Source of the DNA: a virus
Lineage: Duplodnaviria; Caudoviricetes
Virus record (IMG/VR): IMGVR_UViG_3300021962_000022
DNA: 64,000 bases
Strand: one strand, 5' to 3'
Shown here: piece after piece, positions 30,415 through 39,314 of the stretch
Position numbering within the stretch: the first letter of the stretch is position 1
Layout: each line of letters opens with the position of its first letter
Program-made: the position numbers and the translations under genes
Notes under the pieces: generated by a model
What the model was told of the DNA's origin: nothing
What the model saw: the letters and a program-made list of their open reading frames with translations, nothing else
Databases searched by the model: none

Positions 30415-33270
30415 TTAGATATTGTCAAATGATGCTCCTGTTGGTGTGATTATGAACTCAACATCGATGAATTCAAGAGCTCTTGTTGGTTTAATATAAA
30501 TTTTACCTCTCAAAGTATTAGCGTCAATGTCCTCAGGGTCGTTTGAAACCGTTACACGGAATTCATATAAACCTCTTTCTCTCTTGATTGCGTCTAATAT
30601 TGGGTTTACCAATCTCAAGAACTCGTTACGAACTTGTTCATCGTTTTGTTCAAATAGTAATCTAACTGCCACCGCTGAAATCAATTTTCTTGCTCTCAAC
30701 AACAATCTTCTTACGTTAATTCTATCCAATGCTGATTCACGAACTTGAAGAGTTTTATTACCCCAAATTATCGTTCCTGTATCTGCGAATGTTGCGATAG
30801 GGTTAATTCGAGCTTTGTATAGGTCATCTCTTTCATCCAAAGTTAATTTCTTGAAAGCTTTGATAGAGTTAACCAAACCTCTTGAGTAACCCGCTACTGC
30901 GAACCAAGGGAAGGATACGTTATCTGTTAATGCGATATTTCTTAATACTTCACCTGTTGGTGGAAGATATAGTTGTACCGCGTTATCCACGTCTCTAACT
31001 TGAATCCAAGGCCAATATGTTGCTGAATAGTTACTATCAATTGCAACTCCGTCCAATGCGTCTATAATTTCGTCAGAAGTACCATAGTTTGGTGGTGATA
31101 TCACATAAAGTGAATCTGCTCTGTCTTCTTCAATCATATCAATTGCGTATGATGTTAAAGAACTATGGTCGTAGAAGTTAATACCCGGTGTTGAGAATAT
31201 ATTGATGTCAACCGCCTCAGGGTTTGCAAAAGTGTCAATACCTTGAGTATATGCGTAGTAGTCAGAGTTTCCTGATACCGTACTAAACACCCCTCCGTTT
31301 GTGGTATTACCACTTGTGTAGGTAGTTTTACCAAAGATATAACCATCACCGTAAGTTCTTACGTTTCTGTAGATATCCCATCCATCAAATCCACCACCTG
31401 CGGCGAATGTGAATTTACGGTAGTTGATGTTTGTTAAAACGTTGTTTGCTCCACCTGTTTGACCTTCTAAATCATATGATGTAGTTAAGAAGGTAGTACC
31501 TGTGATAGTAGATGCGTTTGTTGATAAGTGGAAACCTTTAGTTGTTCCCGCAGCTCCCGTTCCTTTGAATTTAAATAAATCCCTATCGTATGTTGATTTA
31601 TTAACTGGACTTGATAAACCAAAGTAAACCTTTCTCACTTTATCTCCTGAAGATAAAATAGGTGTTCCGTCCGCTTCGTATCCTGTTGTATCACCCGCGT
31701 CATAGAATTCTGTTTTATACATTACTGAACCTAAAGTTTTAGTTCCAAATGATGTGTTGTTCACAAATCCTTTGAAACCGCCAGGGTATGCATCAATCGG
31801 GTGGTCATTGGCCATCGATAACATAATGTATCTTGAACGTAATTCGTATTCACCATCAGATGTACCAACTTTTTTAGCCACATAACCAGGTAGGTCAGGA
31901 TTCATATTACATCTTGAATATTTTTCAAGAACCACAATATTGTCGTCAGTATCATTGAAGTCACGAACAATTAAGTCGAAGTCACCAGTGTTTACATCTA
32001 TATTGATGATTGAAACTTTTACTTCAAAGTTTGCACTTTCACCATCAGATACGGTGATAACATCAAATAAATCATCAACCTCACCACCTCTAACTTCAGA
32101 AACAACAGTTGGTGTCATTGGTGTATCCCATGAGGTTAAGAAGTTGTTACCTTCTGTTTCATATACTTCAGTTAAACTTAAACCTCTAATGTATCCTTGT
32201 TCATATGCTCTTACGAGATAATTTGGATATGATTCATAAACATAAATTGGAACTTCACTTTTTAGTTTGTCATAAACATCAACCCCAAATACTTTAGTTA
32301 CATATTTTGAAGATGTGGTATCCATACTACAAGTGAATGACTTAGCACCACTTGTTGAACCTGTAACACCTACGGTAAACTCAGCTAATGGGTTTGTGGT
32401 GATACCTGTTCCTGTAATTTGGAAATTAACGTCTGTGGTTGTTTCTAAATTTAATGTTTGACCATTATAAGAACCTCTTGGTCTAAACGCTAAAACTATT
32501 TGTCCATCGTATGCAGTATTCAATGTACCGTTATATGTGTATTTGGTTACATTGAATCTACTTGTACCACTATTGTAAACAAATAAGTAAGAATAAACTT
32601 CTGAACCACTTGTGTTACAAAGTACGTTGTACCATTCTTTGTTATTGTTGTTACTTGCATTATCTAAACCTGTCAAAGGTGAAATTTCTTCAATTGATGC
32701 CGTTTGACCACTTGTTCCTGATGTTGGTACTTCACCCATAACAAACCATTGACCATGGTTTGCAGAAGTGTTACCACTAAAATTCGCAACAATGTAGTCG
32801 GTGATGTAGTTACCATCAACTGATATCTTATTAGATAATTCACTATAAATTGTACTTGCAGTAATCGTAGTGGTTGTTGCTGACATTGTTAATCCGGTGG
32901 TTGTTCCACTGAATGTACCTAAAGTCACACCACCTATTGTTTGTATACCGAATGTTTTAACTGGTTTGTAACCTGTTAAACCTAAAATTCTTGTAACAAA
33001 TAATTGATTAGATTCTTCTAAATAAGATTTTGCGAAGTACGGTAATTCATATCTTGGGTTGTTATTGTTGTCCTTTAGTGGACTTGTTCCCCCAAAATAT
33101 GACTTGAATTCGTCAAAATTTGTTATTAATACAGGTTCAAAAGCGGGACCTTTTAAGGTTTCACCCACCAAACCTAACGTGCTTACCCCAACACTTTGTG
33201 CTACGAATGTTAAGTCTTTTTCAGATGTATATACACCCGGAGATACAAATACTCTATTTGAATTTGCCAT
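30415..33270 (-). CDS. Contractile tail sheath protein (gp18-like)
   Basis: FVSPGVYTSEKD N-terminus; WFAVAGYSRG, RINPIA, IWGNKT, INVRRLL C-terminal motifs. Confidence 0.95.
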   Translation of the reverse strand: MANSNRVFVSPGVYTSEKDLTFVAQSVGVSTLGLVGETLKGPAFEPVLITNFDEFKSYFGGTSPLKDNNNNPRYELPYFAKSYLEESNQLFVTRILGLTGYKPVKTFGIQTIGGVTLGTFSGTTTGLTMSATTTTITASTIYSELSNKISVDGNYITDYIVANFSGNTSANHGQWFVMGEVPTSGTSGQTASIEEISPLTGLDNASNNNNKEWYNVLCNTSGSEVYSYLFVYNSGTSRFNVTKYTYNGTLNTAYDGQIVLAFRPRGSYNGQTLNLETTTDVNFQITGTGITTNPLAEFTVGVTGSTSGAKSFTCSMDTTSSKYVTKVFGVDVYDKLKSEVPIYVYESYPNYLVRAYEQGYIRGLSLTEVYETEGNNFLTSWDTPMTPTVVSEVRGGEVDDLFDVITVSDGESANFEVKVSIINIDVNTGDFDLIVRDFNDTDDNIVVLEKYSRCNMNPDLPGYVAKKVGTSDGEYELRSRYIMLSMANDHPIDAYPGGFKGFVNNTSFGTKTLGSVMYKTEFYDAGDTTGYEADGTPILSSGDKVRKVYFGLSSPVNKSTYDRDLFKFKGTGAAGTTKGFHLSTNASTITGTTFLTTSYDLEGQTGGANNVLTNINYRKFTFAAGGGFDGWDIYRNVRTYGDGYIFGKTTYTSGNTTNGGVFSTVSGNSDYYAYTQGIDTFANPEAVDINIFSTPGINFYDHSSLTSYAIDMIEEDRADSLYVISPPNYGTSDEIIDALDGVAIDSNYSATYWPWIQVRDVDNAVQLYLPPTGEVLRNIALTDNVSFPWFAVAGYSRGLVNSIKAFKKLTLDERDDLYKARINPIATFADTGTIIWGNKTLQVRESALDRINVRRLLLRARKLISAVAVRLLFEQNDEQVRNEFLRLVNPILDAIKRERGLYEFRVTVSNDPEDIDANTLRGKIYIKPTRALEFIDVEFIITPTGASFDNI

Positions 33271-33407
33271 TTTTAATTTGTTTGGTTAATTAATTTTATT
33301 TCTTTATCAATAAATATCTTTGTTTTTGGGAAAGATTTCCTTGATTTTTTTAAAAATGATACTTATAGATACTAATTTATCTTTTAGTATCGATATTTAT
33401 CTTTATT

Positions 33408-33584
33408 ATGGAAAAACCCTTTAAAAACATTAAGGTAGGTGAAAAACATCACGAAATTTTAAAAGAGTATTGTGATAAAAACGGATTGAAAATTTATAAA
33501 CTAATTCATAAATGGATTGATGAAAATTGTAAATCTTCAAAACAAAATGATGGTCCTAAAAAAAAGGATATCTACGGGGATTAG
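33408..33584 (+). CDS. Small ribbon-helix-helix-like DNA-binding protein (58 aa)
   Basis: Hand translation MEKPFKNIKVGEKHHEILKEYCDKNGLKIYKLIHKWIDENC...; below ORF-track cutoff; beta-alpha-alpha pattern. Confidence 0.65.
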   Translation: MEKPFKNIKVGEKHHEILKEYCDKNGLKIYKLIHKWIDENCKSSKQNDGPKKKDIYGD

Positions 33585-34687
33585 TTAAAAGTCGAACCCG
33601 TTGTAAAAGTGTATTCGTATTTTGACCTCCCTATCGTATCGATATTAACATTTTTAAATGATGTTGTACCCGATAACTGATTGTAATTTTCTGTAATAGT
33701 ATATTCGGTCGTTCCCGATAATTGATTTCTCTCAATGAATAATCTTACAGATTGCGTAATTGGGGTCCCTGTTGTAACTAAAGAATCGGTAAAAGTAATT
33801 TCTACAGTCTTATCAACTTTATATTGTGATGTTGCGGTGTAGTTTGCAATAATTGACCCATTAGTGTATTCACTTTGTATTGTGATATTATTGGTTTTTC
33901 TCTTAACAGGATATATTGTTCTTAAATCAGGTTCAACCATTGTGATACTTCTATTGATTGCTGGTGAAACTTCAAATTCTTCATCATCAATTAAAAACCC
34001 TAACATGGTAAACCCATAATTTTGAATATAGAATCTTCTACCATCGAGTGTATCCATTGGTGTGTTATCCTCAATTCTATCCATTACAATTGGAATGTAA
34101 TGACCTTTAACTCGTGTATACGCTTGTCTTGATGAGAATTTTTGTAAAACTCTTTGATTGAATTTATTTATGTCCCTAAATTTTGTACATACAATTGTTA
34201 CGTCAAAACTTATGTCTACCGCTATAGGTTGTGGTATTTTATAAATGTCCGCACCCATTTGATTCCCATCCCAAGTAGGTACTGACGCATAGAAAAAATC
34301 TCTTCTATCTGGTATGGTTCTTTGTATGGATGGATTAGTACCCAATTGTACATCGGGTTTTCTAACAACGGCAATAAAAGGTAATTTTAGATTACCATCT
34401 TCATCACTAAAAGACCAATTATTAGTATATTCAGACCATCTTTGAATTGTTAAAATTTTAGGAATCATTGGGATTTGTTCACCATCAGAAATTACTTTAA
34501 AATTTTCTTTAACAAATTCTAACATACCCAAGTCAAGGTCATCGTGCAATATTGAATCAGGAAGAAAGGTATCAGATTTAATAATTTCTTCTAATAACTC
34601 TTTTCGTCTTCCTGTTATTGCAGGACCATCAGTGTTTTGGTTAACACCGTATACTTTGATATCATTTTTTCTTTTAGGTAATCCCAT
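33581..34687 (-). CDS. Tail terminator / sheath stabiliser (gp15-like)
   Basis: DLDLGMLEFV, LPFIAVVR, PQPIAVDISFDVTI; neck-module context. Confidence 0.6.
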   Translation of the reverse strand: MGLPKRKNDIKVYGVNQNTDGPAITGRRKELLEEIIKSDTFLPDSILHDDLDLGMLEFVKENFKVISDGEQIPMIPKILTIQRWSEYTNNWSFSDEDGNLKLPFIAVVRKPDVQLGTNPSIQRTIPDRRDFFYASVPTWDGNQMGADIYKIPQPIAVDISFDVTIVCTKFRDINKFNQRVLQKFSSRQAYTRVKGHYIPIVMDRIEDNTPMDTLDGRRFYIQNYGFTMLGFLIDDEEFEVSPAINRSITMVEPDLRTIYPVKRKTNNITIQSEYTNGSIIANYTATSQYKVDKTVEITFTDSLVTTGTPITQSVRLFIERNQLSGTTEYTITENYNQLSGTTSFKNVNIDTIGRSKYEYTFTTGSTFN

Positions 34688-34689
34688 AA

Positions 34690-35202
34690 TTAAATTCCTC
34701 TAAATTCGGATTCTTGAGCAATAGCACAAGTAATTGTTCTGTAATGAGGTCTAAATCCAAACATATTGTGTTTATTATCTGAAGTTACTTTACCATCATT
34801 AACAACGGTGTAGTATCTAATTTTATCTTCAGATTCATGATAACCGATAAAATCACCATATCTGATGTCAATATCCATTTCTTCCAAATGTTTGATGTAG
34901 ACAGAAACAGTCATATTACCAGGTTCCAAATACCTATTTACACCTTTTGTATATGAAGCGTTTTTCGGTTCTTCAATTTTAACTAAACCAAAAAATTCAG
35001 TCGGAGGTAAGAATTTGATTTGGTCCTTACCAACCTCTCCGTAAACATCGTCCGTGTCGGTCTTCTGTCTATCAACCCTAAATAGAACTAATTTCATACC
35101 CAAATCACCATGCAAGTATTCCTCCCCTAACTGAACATTGAAATCAAAATCAGTTTGAGAGAAAAATTTACTTAATCTTGTTATAGGTAGTTTATTACTC
35201 AT
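34690..35202 (-). CDS. Neck/head-closure protein (gp14-like)
   Basis: VLFRVDRQKTDTDDVYGE...IRYGDFIGY...YYTVVN; context. Confidence 0.6.
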   Translation of the reverse strand: MSNKLPITRLSKFFSQTDFDFNVQLGEEYLHGDLGMKLVLFRVDRQKTDTDDVYGEVGKDQIKFLPPTEFFGLVKIEEPKNASYTKGVNRYLEPGNMTVSVYIKHLEEMDIDIRYGDFIGYHESEDKIRYYTVVNDGKVTSDNKHNMFGFRPHYRTITCAIAQESEFRGI

Positions 35203-35255
35203 TTATTATAAATAGTTCATTTATTGATTCTATTTTGGTATATTTAAGTTATTGT

Positions 35256-37010
35256 ATGCATAATAAGGTTCCTGAAATAGAGGCGAGGGAAATTTTATCT
35301 ACTTACGAAGGTTTTAACAACCAATTAATCGAGTGGAAAAGAAAATTAATTGAATTAAAAGGTTTTCAATTAACAAGACCCCAAGCCGAGTATGTTTTAA
35401 AGTACCACGAGGTTGTTCCCCGTGTTGCTAAAAAATATATTAATATTGTTGAGGGGTTTGGTGAAAAACTTATGGAATCTAAACACCTAACAAAACCACC
35501 TGAAAAAATTTGGTGTGAAAAATTGTTATGTGAAAGTGAAATGGCATACCATATATGGGGTAAAGTTTTTGAAACTGAAAAAAATTACTCTATGTGGTTA
35601 CCAAAATCCGCAATCATTCAAGAGGAAAAAAAATTAAATAGGGAGGTTGATTATTCTCCATATGATAAAAGACCACCGTTACCCCATCAAAAAGTTGCAA
35701 TTGAAAAATTATTAGCCAATGATAAATTCATTTTGGCTGATGATATGGGATTAGGAAAAACCACATCCGCAATTATTGCATCTTTAGAAAGTGGTGCAAA
35801 AAAGATTTTGATAATATGTCCCGCATCGTTAAAAATAAATTGGCAGAGAGAAATTGAGAACTACTCAAATAGAAAAACATTAATTGTTGAGGGACGTAAA
35901 TGGGGGTCAACTTTTGATTATTACATTATCAACTATGATATTGTAAAAAATTATCATTCAACAGAAACACCCGAAATTGGTCAGGAAAATAACAATTCAA
36001 TTATTAATGAAAAATTTGATTTAGCGATTGTTGACGAAGCTCATTACATTTCAAATACCACGGCACAACGAACTAAATTAATTAACGATATTTTAAAAAA
36101 CATACCGAAAGTTTGGTTACTTACAGGTACACCAATGACATCAAAACCAATTAATTATTATAATCTTTTAAGAATAGTTAATTCAAACGTCACATTAAAT
36201 TGGCAGGGTTATGTTAGAAGGTACTGTGGTGGATATCAATTTACTGTAAACAAAAAGAAAATTTGGAACACAGGCGGTGCAACTAATTTAGACGAACTTA
36301 GAATGAGAACTAAAAATCTTGTTTTAAGAAGAATGAAAACCGATATATTGGATTTACCAGATAAAATTATCACCCCAATTTTCTTAGATTTAAAAAGTAC
36401 ATATTACGATGAAGAATTAGAAGATTTTTTAAGGATTACAAGTGAAGCGAAAAATAAAGAATCTTTGAGTATTACTATAAATCGTTTGATGAAAGTAAGA
36501 CAAATTGTTTCACAGGAAAAAATTAATTATACCTGTGAACTAATTGATAGATGTTTAGAACAAGGAAAAAAAGTAATCGTATTCACAAACTTTACCATGT
36601 CTTTAGACACGTTACATGAGAAGTATAAGAAAAACTCTGTAGTATTGGATGGTAGAATGTCTAAAGAAAAAAGACAACAATCTGTGGACCGTTTTCAAAA
36701 TGAAGACAAGGTAAAGATATTCATCTCAAATATCGTAGCCGGTGGTGTTGGTATCACCTTAACCGCAGCTGAGGTTGTAATTATGAATGACTTATCGTTT
36801 GTACCCGCTCATCACAGTCAAGCTGAGGACAGGGCTTTCAGATATGGACAAAAGAAAAATGTATTGGTTTACTACCCAATATTTGAAAACACTATTGAGA
36901 AAATAGTGTACAATATGTTACAGAAGAAAAAGAATATTATTGACCAAGTTATGGGCGACGGGGATTTCTCAGAGAGTTTTGCTCAATCACTTCTCAAAGA
37001 GATTCTTTAA
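35256..37010 (+). CDS. SNF2-family helicase (HARP-like)
   Basis: DDMGLGKTT, DEAH, LTGTP, GGVGITLTAA, QAEDRAFRYGQ; ATG start at 35256. Confidence 0.93.
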   Translation: MHNKVPEIEAREILSTYEGFNNQLIEWKRKLIELKGFQLTRPQAEYVLKYHEVVPRVAKKYINIVEGFGEKLMESKHLTKPPEKIWCEKLLCESEMAYHIWGKVFETEKNYSMWLPKSAIIQEEKKLNREVDYSPYDKRPPLPHQKVAIEKLLANDKFILADDMGLGKTTSAIIASLESGAKKILIICPASLKINWQREIENYSNRKTLIVEGRKWGSTFDYYIINYDIVKNYHSTETPEIGQENNNSIINEKFDLAIVDEAHYISNTTAQRTKLINDILKNIPKVWLLTGTPMTSKPINYYNLLRIVNSNVTLNWQGYVRRYCGGYQFTVNKKKIWNTGGATNLDELRMRTKNLVLRRMKTDILDLPDKIITPIFLDLKSTYYDEELEDFLRITSEAKNKESLSITINRLMKVRQIVSQEKINYTCELIDRCLEQGKKVIVFTNFTMSLDTLHEKYKKNSVVLDGRMSKEKRQQSVDRFQNEDKVKIFISNIVAGGVGITLTAAEVVIMNDLSFVPAHHSQAEDRAFRYGQKKNVLVYYPIFENTIEKIVYNMLQKKKNIIDQVMGDGDFSESFAQSLLKEIL

Positions 37011-38141
37011 TGTATTCATCATAAAGTCAATGTCTTCTTGTTTTTTTGAGATGTTTTGAATTATCTCCACCCAAACATTGTAAATTTTTTGAATATCAAA
37101 ATCTTCACTGTTTGAAGGTAGATTAACAATAACTTTATTTTCATCTTTAATAAAATTCAGATTCGTTTCCTCAGAAACTTCAAGTACAAACTCAACCTCA
37201 TTTTTAGAACAATACATAAAAAACTCAAAGAAAATTTTTGAGTTAAACATGTCATCAATTTTTTCTTGCATCAATATGTTGTTTTTATTATATGTATACC
37301 AACCGTCCGATTGATTTATTATGGTATCTTCCTTTAGATATAGAAAAATCATTTTATCAGGACTAACTGTATTGAATTTGAAATTGTAATTCAATGATAC
37401 TAACACCAAAAAGTCAATACCTTTACCTATATAATCTTTTACATCTATAATGTTTTTAAAACTGTTCCCTTGAAACTTTACAACTTTACTTTGTATTTTT
37501 TTTACTTTTGTTTCGTCTTCAATATTAACAGTAAACAAATCACATCCATTAACCATATCAATTGACGAACCTCTAACTAAAGAGGTTCTATATATTTTAG
37601 CGGTCTTTATATTTTTTTTGAAATGATATTCAATACAAAGTTCACCATAAGTTCCTGAACCAATTGTCTTGGATGCAACATGAAAAAGTTCATAAAGAAA
37701 ATCACTTGGGCCAAGTAACCTATGGTCAACAAACACTCTGTCTTTGTAATGTCTCAACCATTTAAAGTAATTCTTTATTTCCTTTTCAATATAATCAGGT
37801 GAATTATTTTCAAAAACAATTTCAGTTAATGGTTCACCATTAAATTCATTAATCCCTTTTAAAAAATAATCTTGAAAAATCCATTCATTTAATTTTTCAA
37901 CAATTTTTATATTAACAAAGTAATTTGTATTAAATTGATTTACTGGTGACCAAGAACCCTTTGAAGTTAGCACACCATAAGTTCTATTCTTTTCGCAGAA
38001 TCCATACTGATTTATATTTCTATAACACTCCCGAAAAACCTCCCGCCATTCATCCATAAAAAGGTCTTTTATTGGACCTTTTATTGTACAAATTCTTTTT
38101 ATATGGTTTTCAATGTTTCTTAGATTCCCGGTAGAATACAT
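36987..38141 (-). CDS. Putative PD-(D/E)xK nuclease
   Basis: GE...D....CDLF...KIQSK pattern; free-standing, opposite orientation to both neighbours. Confidence 0.45.
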   Translation of the reverse strand: MYSTGNLRNIENHIKRICTIKGPIKDLFMDEWREVFRECYRNINQYGFCEKNRTYGVLTSKGSWSPVNQFNTNYFVNIKIVEKLNEWIFQDYFLKGINEFNGEPLTEIVFENNSPDYIEKEIKNYFKWLRHYKDRVFVDHRLLGPSDFLYELFHVASKTIGSGTYGELCIEYHFKKNIKTAKIYRTSLVRGSSIDMVNGCDLFTVNIEDETKVKKIQSKVVKFQGNSFKNIIDVKDYIGKGIDFLVLVSLNYNFKFNTVSPDKMIFLYLKEDTIINQSDGWYTYNKNNILMQEKIDDMFNSKIFFEFFMYCSKNEVEFVLEVSEETNLNFIKDENKVIVNLPSNSEDFDIQKIYNVWVEIIQNISKKQEDIDFMMNTLKNLFEK

Positions 38142-38195
38142 CAGTATTTAGAATATTAAAACAAATATACAGATATTTATTGGTAAATCAAAATA

Positions 38196-39314
38196 ATGGC
38201 AACAACTGTAATTTCAAATGCTGAAAAACAAAAACTTTACACTCAAGTTTTTCACTTATTAGGTTTACCGGTGAGAGGTGTTGAACTTACGGAGGAACAA
38301 ATGGATACCTTTTTAGAATTAGCGGTATCGGAGTATGAACAATATGTGAGTGATTGGTTAATTGAATCACAGTGGTCAGCACTCGCTGGATTAAATGTTG
38401 ATACTCAATCTTTAACCAGAGCTTTTACAACAAGAAGTTTAGATTACGAAACACAATATACTCACTCTTATTCTAAAATCGTTGGTCTTCAAACAGGTGG
38501 TGATAGTGAATTAAAAAAAGATTATTTCTCGTTAACCGCTAACACTCAAACATATACAATTCCTGCTGGTAGAGAAATAAACGAATTATTATGGTTCTCA
38601 AGAGCGGAATTAACCGATTCTATCGTTGACCCATTTTTAGGTGGATTTGGTGGTCTTGGTGGTGTTGCGTTCGGTGGTGTCGGTGGTTTTGCACAACAAG
38701 GTTCTTCGGGTTCATACTTTATGTTACCCGCCTATGACTTATTGTTAAGAATGGGTGATAGAAATATCAAAAACCGATTAATAGGTGGAGATTTAACATA
38801 CAGAATTACCGCAGGACCAAATGGAACTAAAATAGTTCACCTATATAACGTACCTGGCGGTCGATTTGATTTTGGTTCAATACAGAATAACAGACAAAAA
38901 GTTTGGTATTGGTACTATGATACCACATCTCTTGACACTTGTTTAGATAAGAATAGTGGTATTGTTAAACTACCATCAGATGTTGAAACTGAAGAGTTAA
39001 CATGGGATATGTTAAATAAACCCGCACAAAACTGGGTTAGAAAATATCTTATCGCGTATTCAAAAGAAGGTTTAGGTAGAATATGGGGTAAGTTCTCAGG
39101 AGACTTACAAGTACCTGATAGTCCAATAAAACTTGATTATTCATCTTTACTACAAGAAGGAAAAGATGAGAAATTAAAACTTGTTGAGGAGTTAATGAAT
39201 AGATTAGAAAGATTAAGACCTGACAAATTATTGGAAAGAAAAGGAATGGAAGCTGAAAACCTAAATAAGGCTTTAAAGTACAGACCATTCCAATCCCCAT
39301 TCAACGTAATTTAA
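38196..39314 (+). CDS. Neck protein (gp13-like)
   Basis: LGLPVRGVELTEEQMD..LELA, NWVRKY.IAYSKE.LGRIWGKF; late motif upstream. Confidence 0.7.
   Translation: MATTVISNAEKQKLYTQVFHLLGLPVRGVELTEEQMDTFLELAVSEYEQYVSDWLIESQWSALAGLNVDTQSLTRAFTTRSLDYETQYTHSYSKIVGLQTGGDSELKKDYFSLTANTQTYTIPAGREINELLWFSRAELTDSIVDPFLGGFGGLGGVAFGGVGGFAQQGSSGSYFMLPAYDLLLRMGDRNIKNRLIGGDLTYRITAGPNGTKIVHLYNVPGGRFDFGSIQNNRQKVWYWYYDTTSLDTCLDKNSGIVKLPSDVETEELTWDMLNKPAQNWVRKYLIAYSKEGLGRIWGKFSGDLQVPDSPIKLDYSSLLQEGKDEKLKLVEELMNRLERLRPDKLLERKGMEAENLNKALKYRPFQSPFNVI

Noticed and set aside
30983-30991. DnaA-box-like TTATCCACG in the sheath gene (another near 11191)
   Set aside because: Single mismatched copies inside coding sequence, expected by chance
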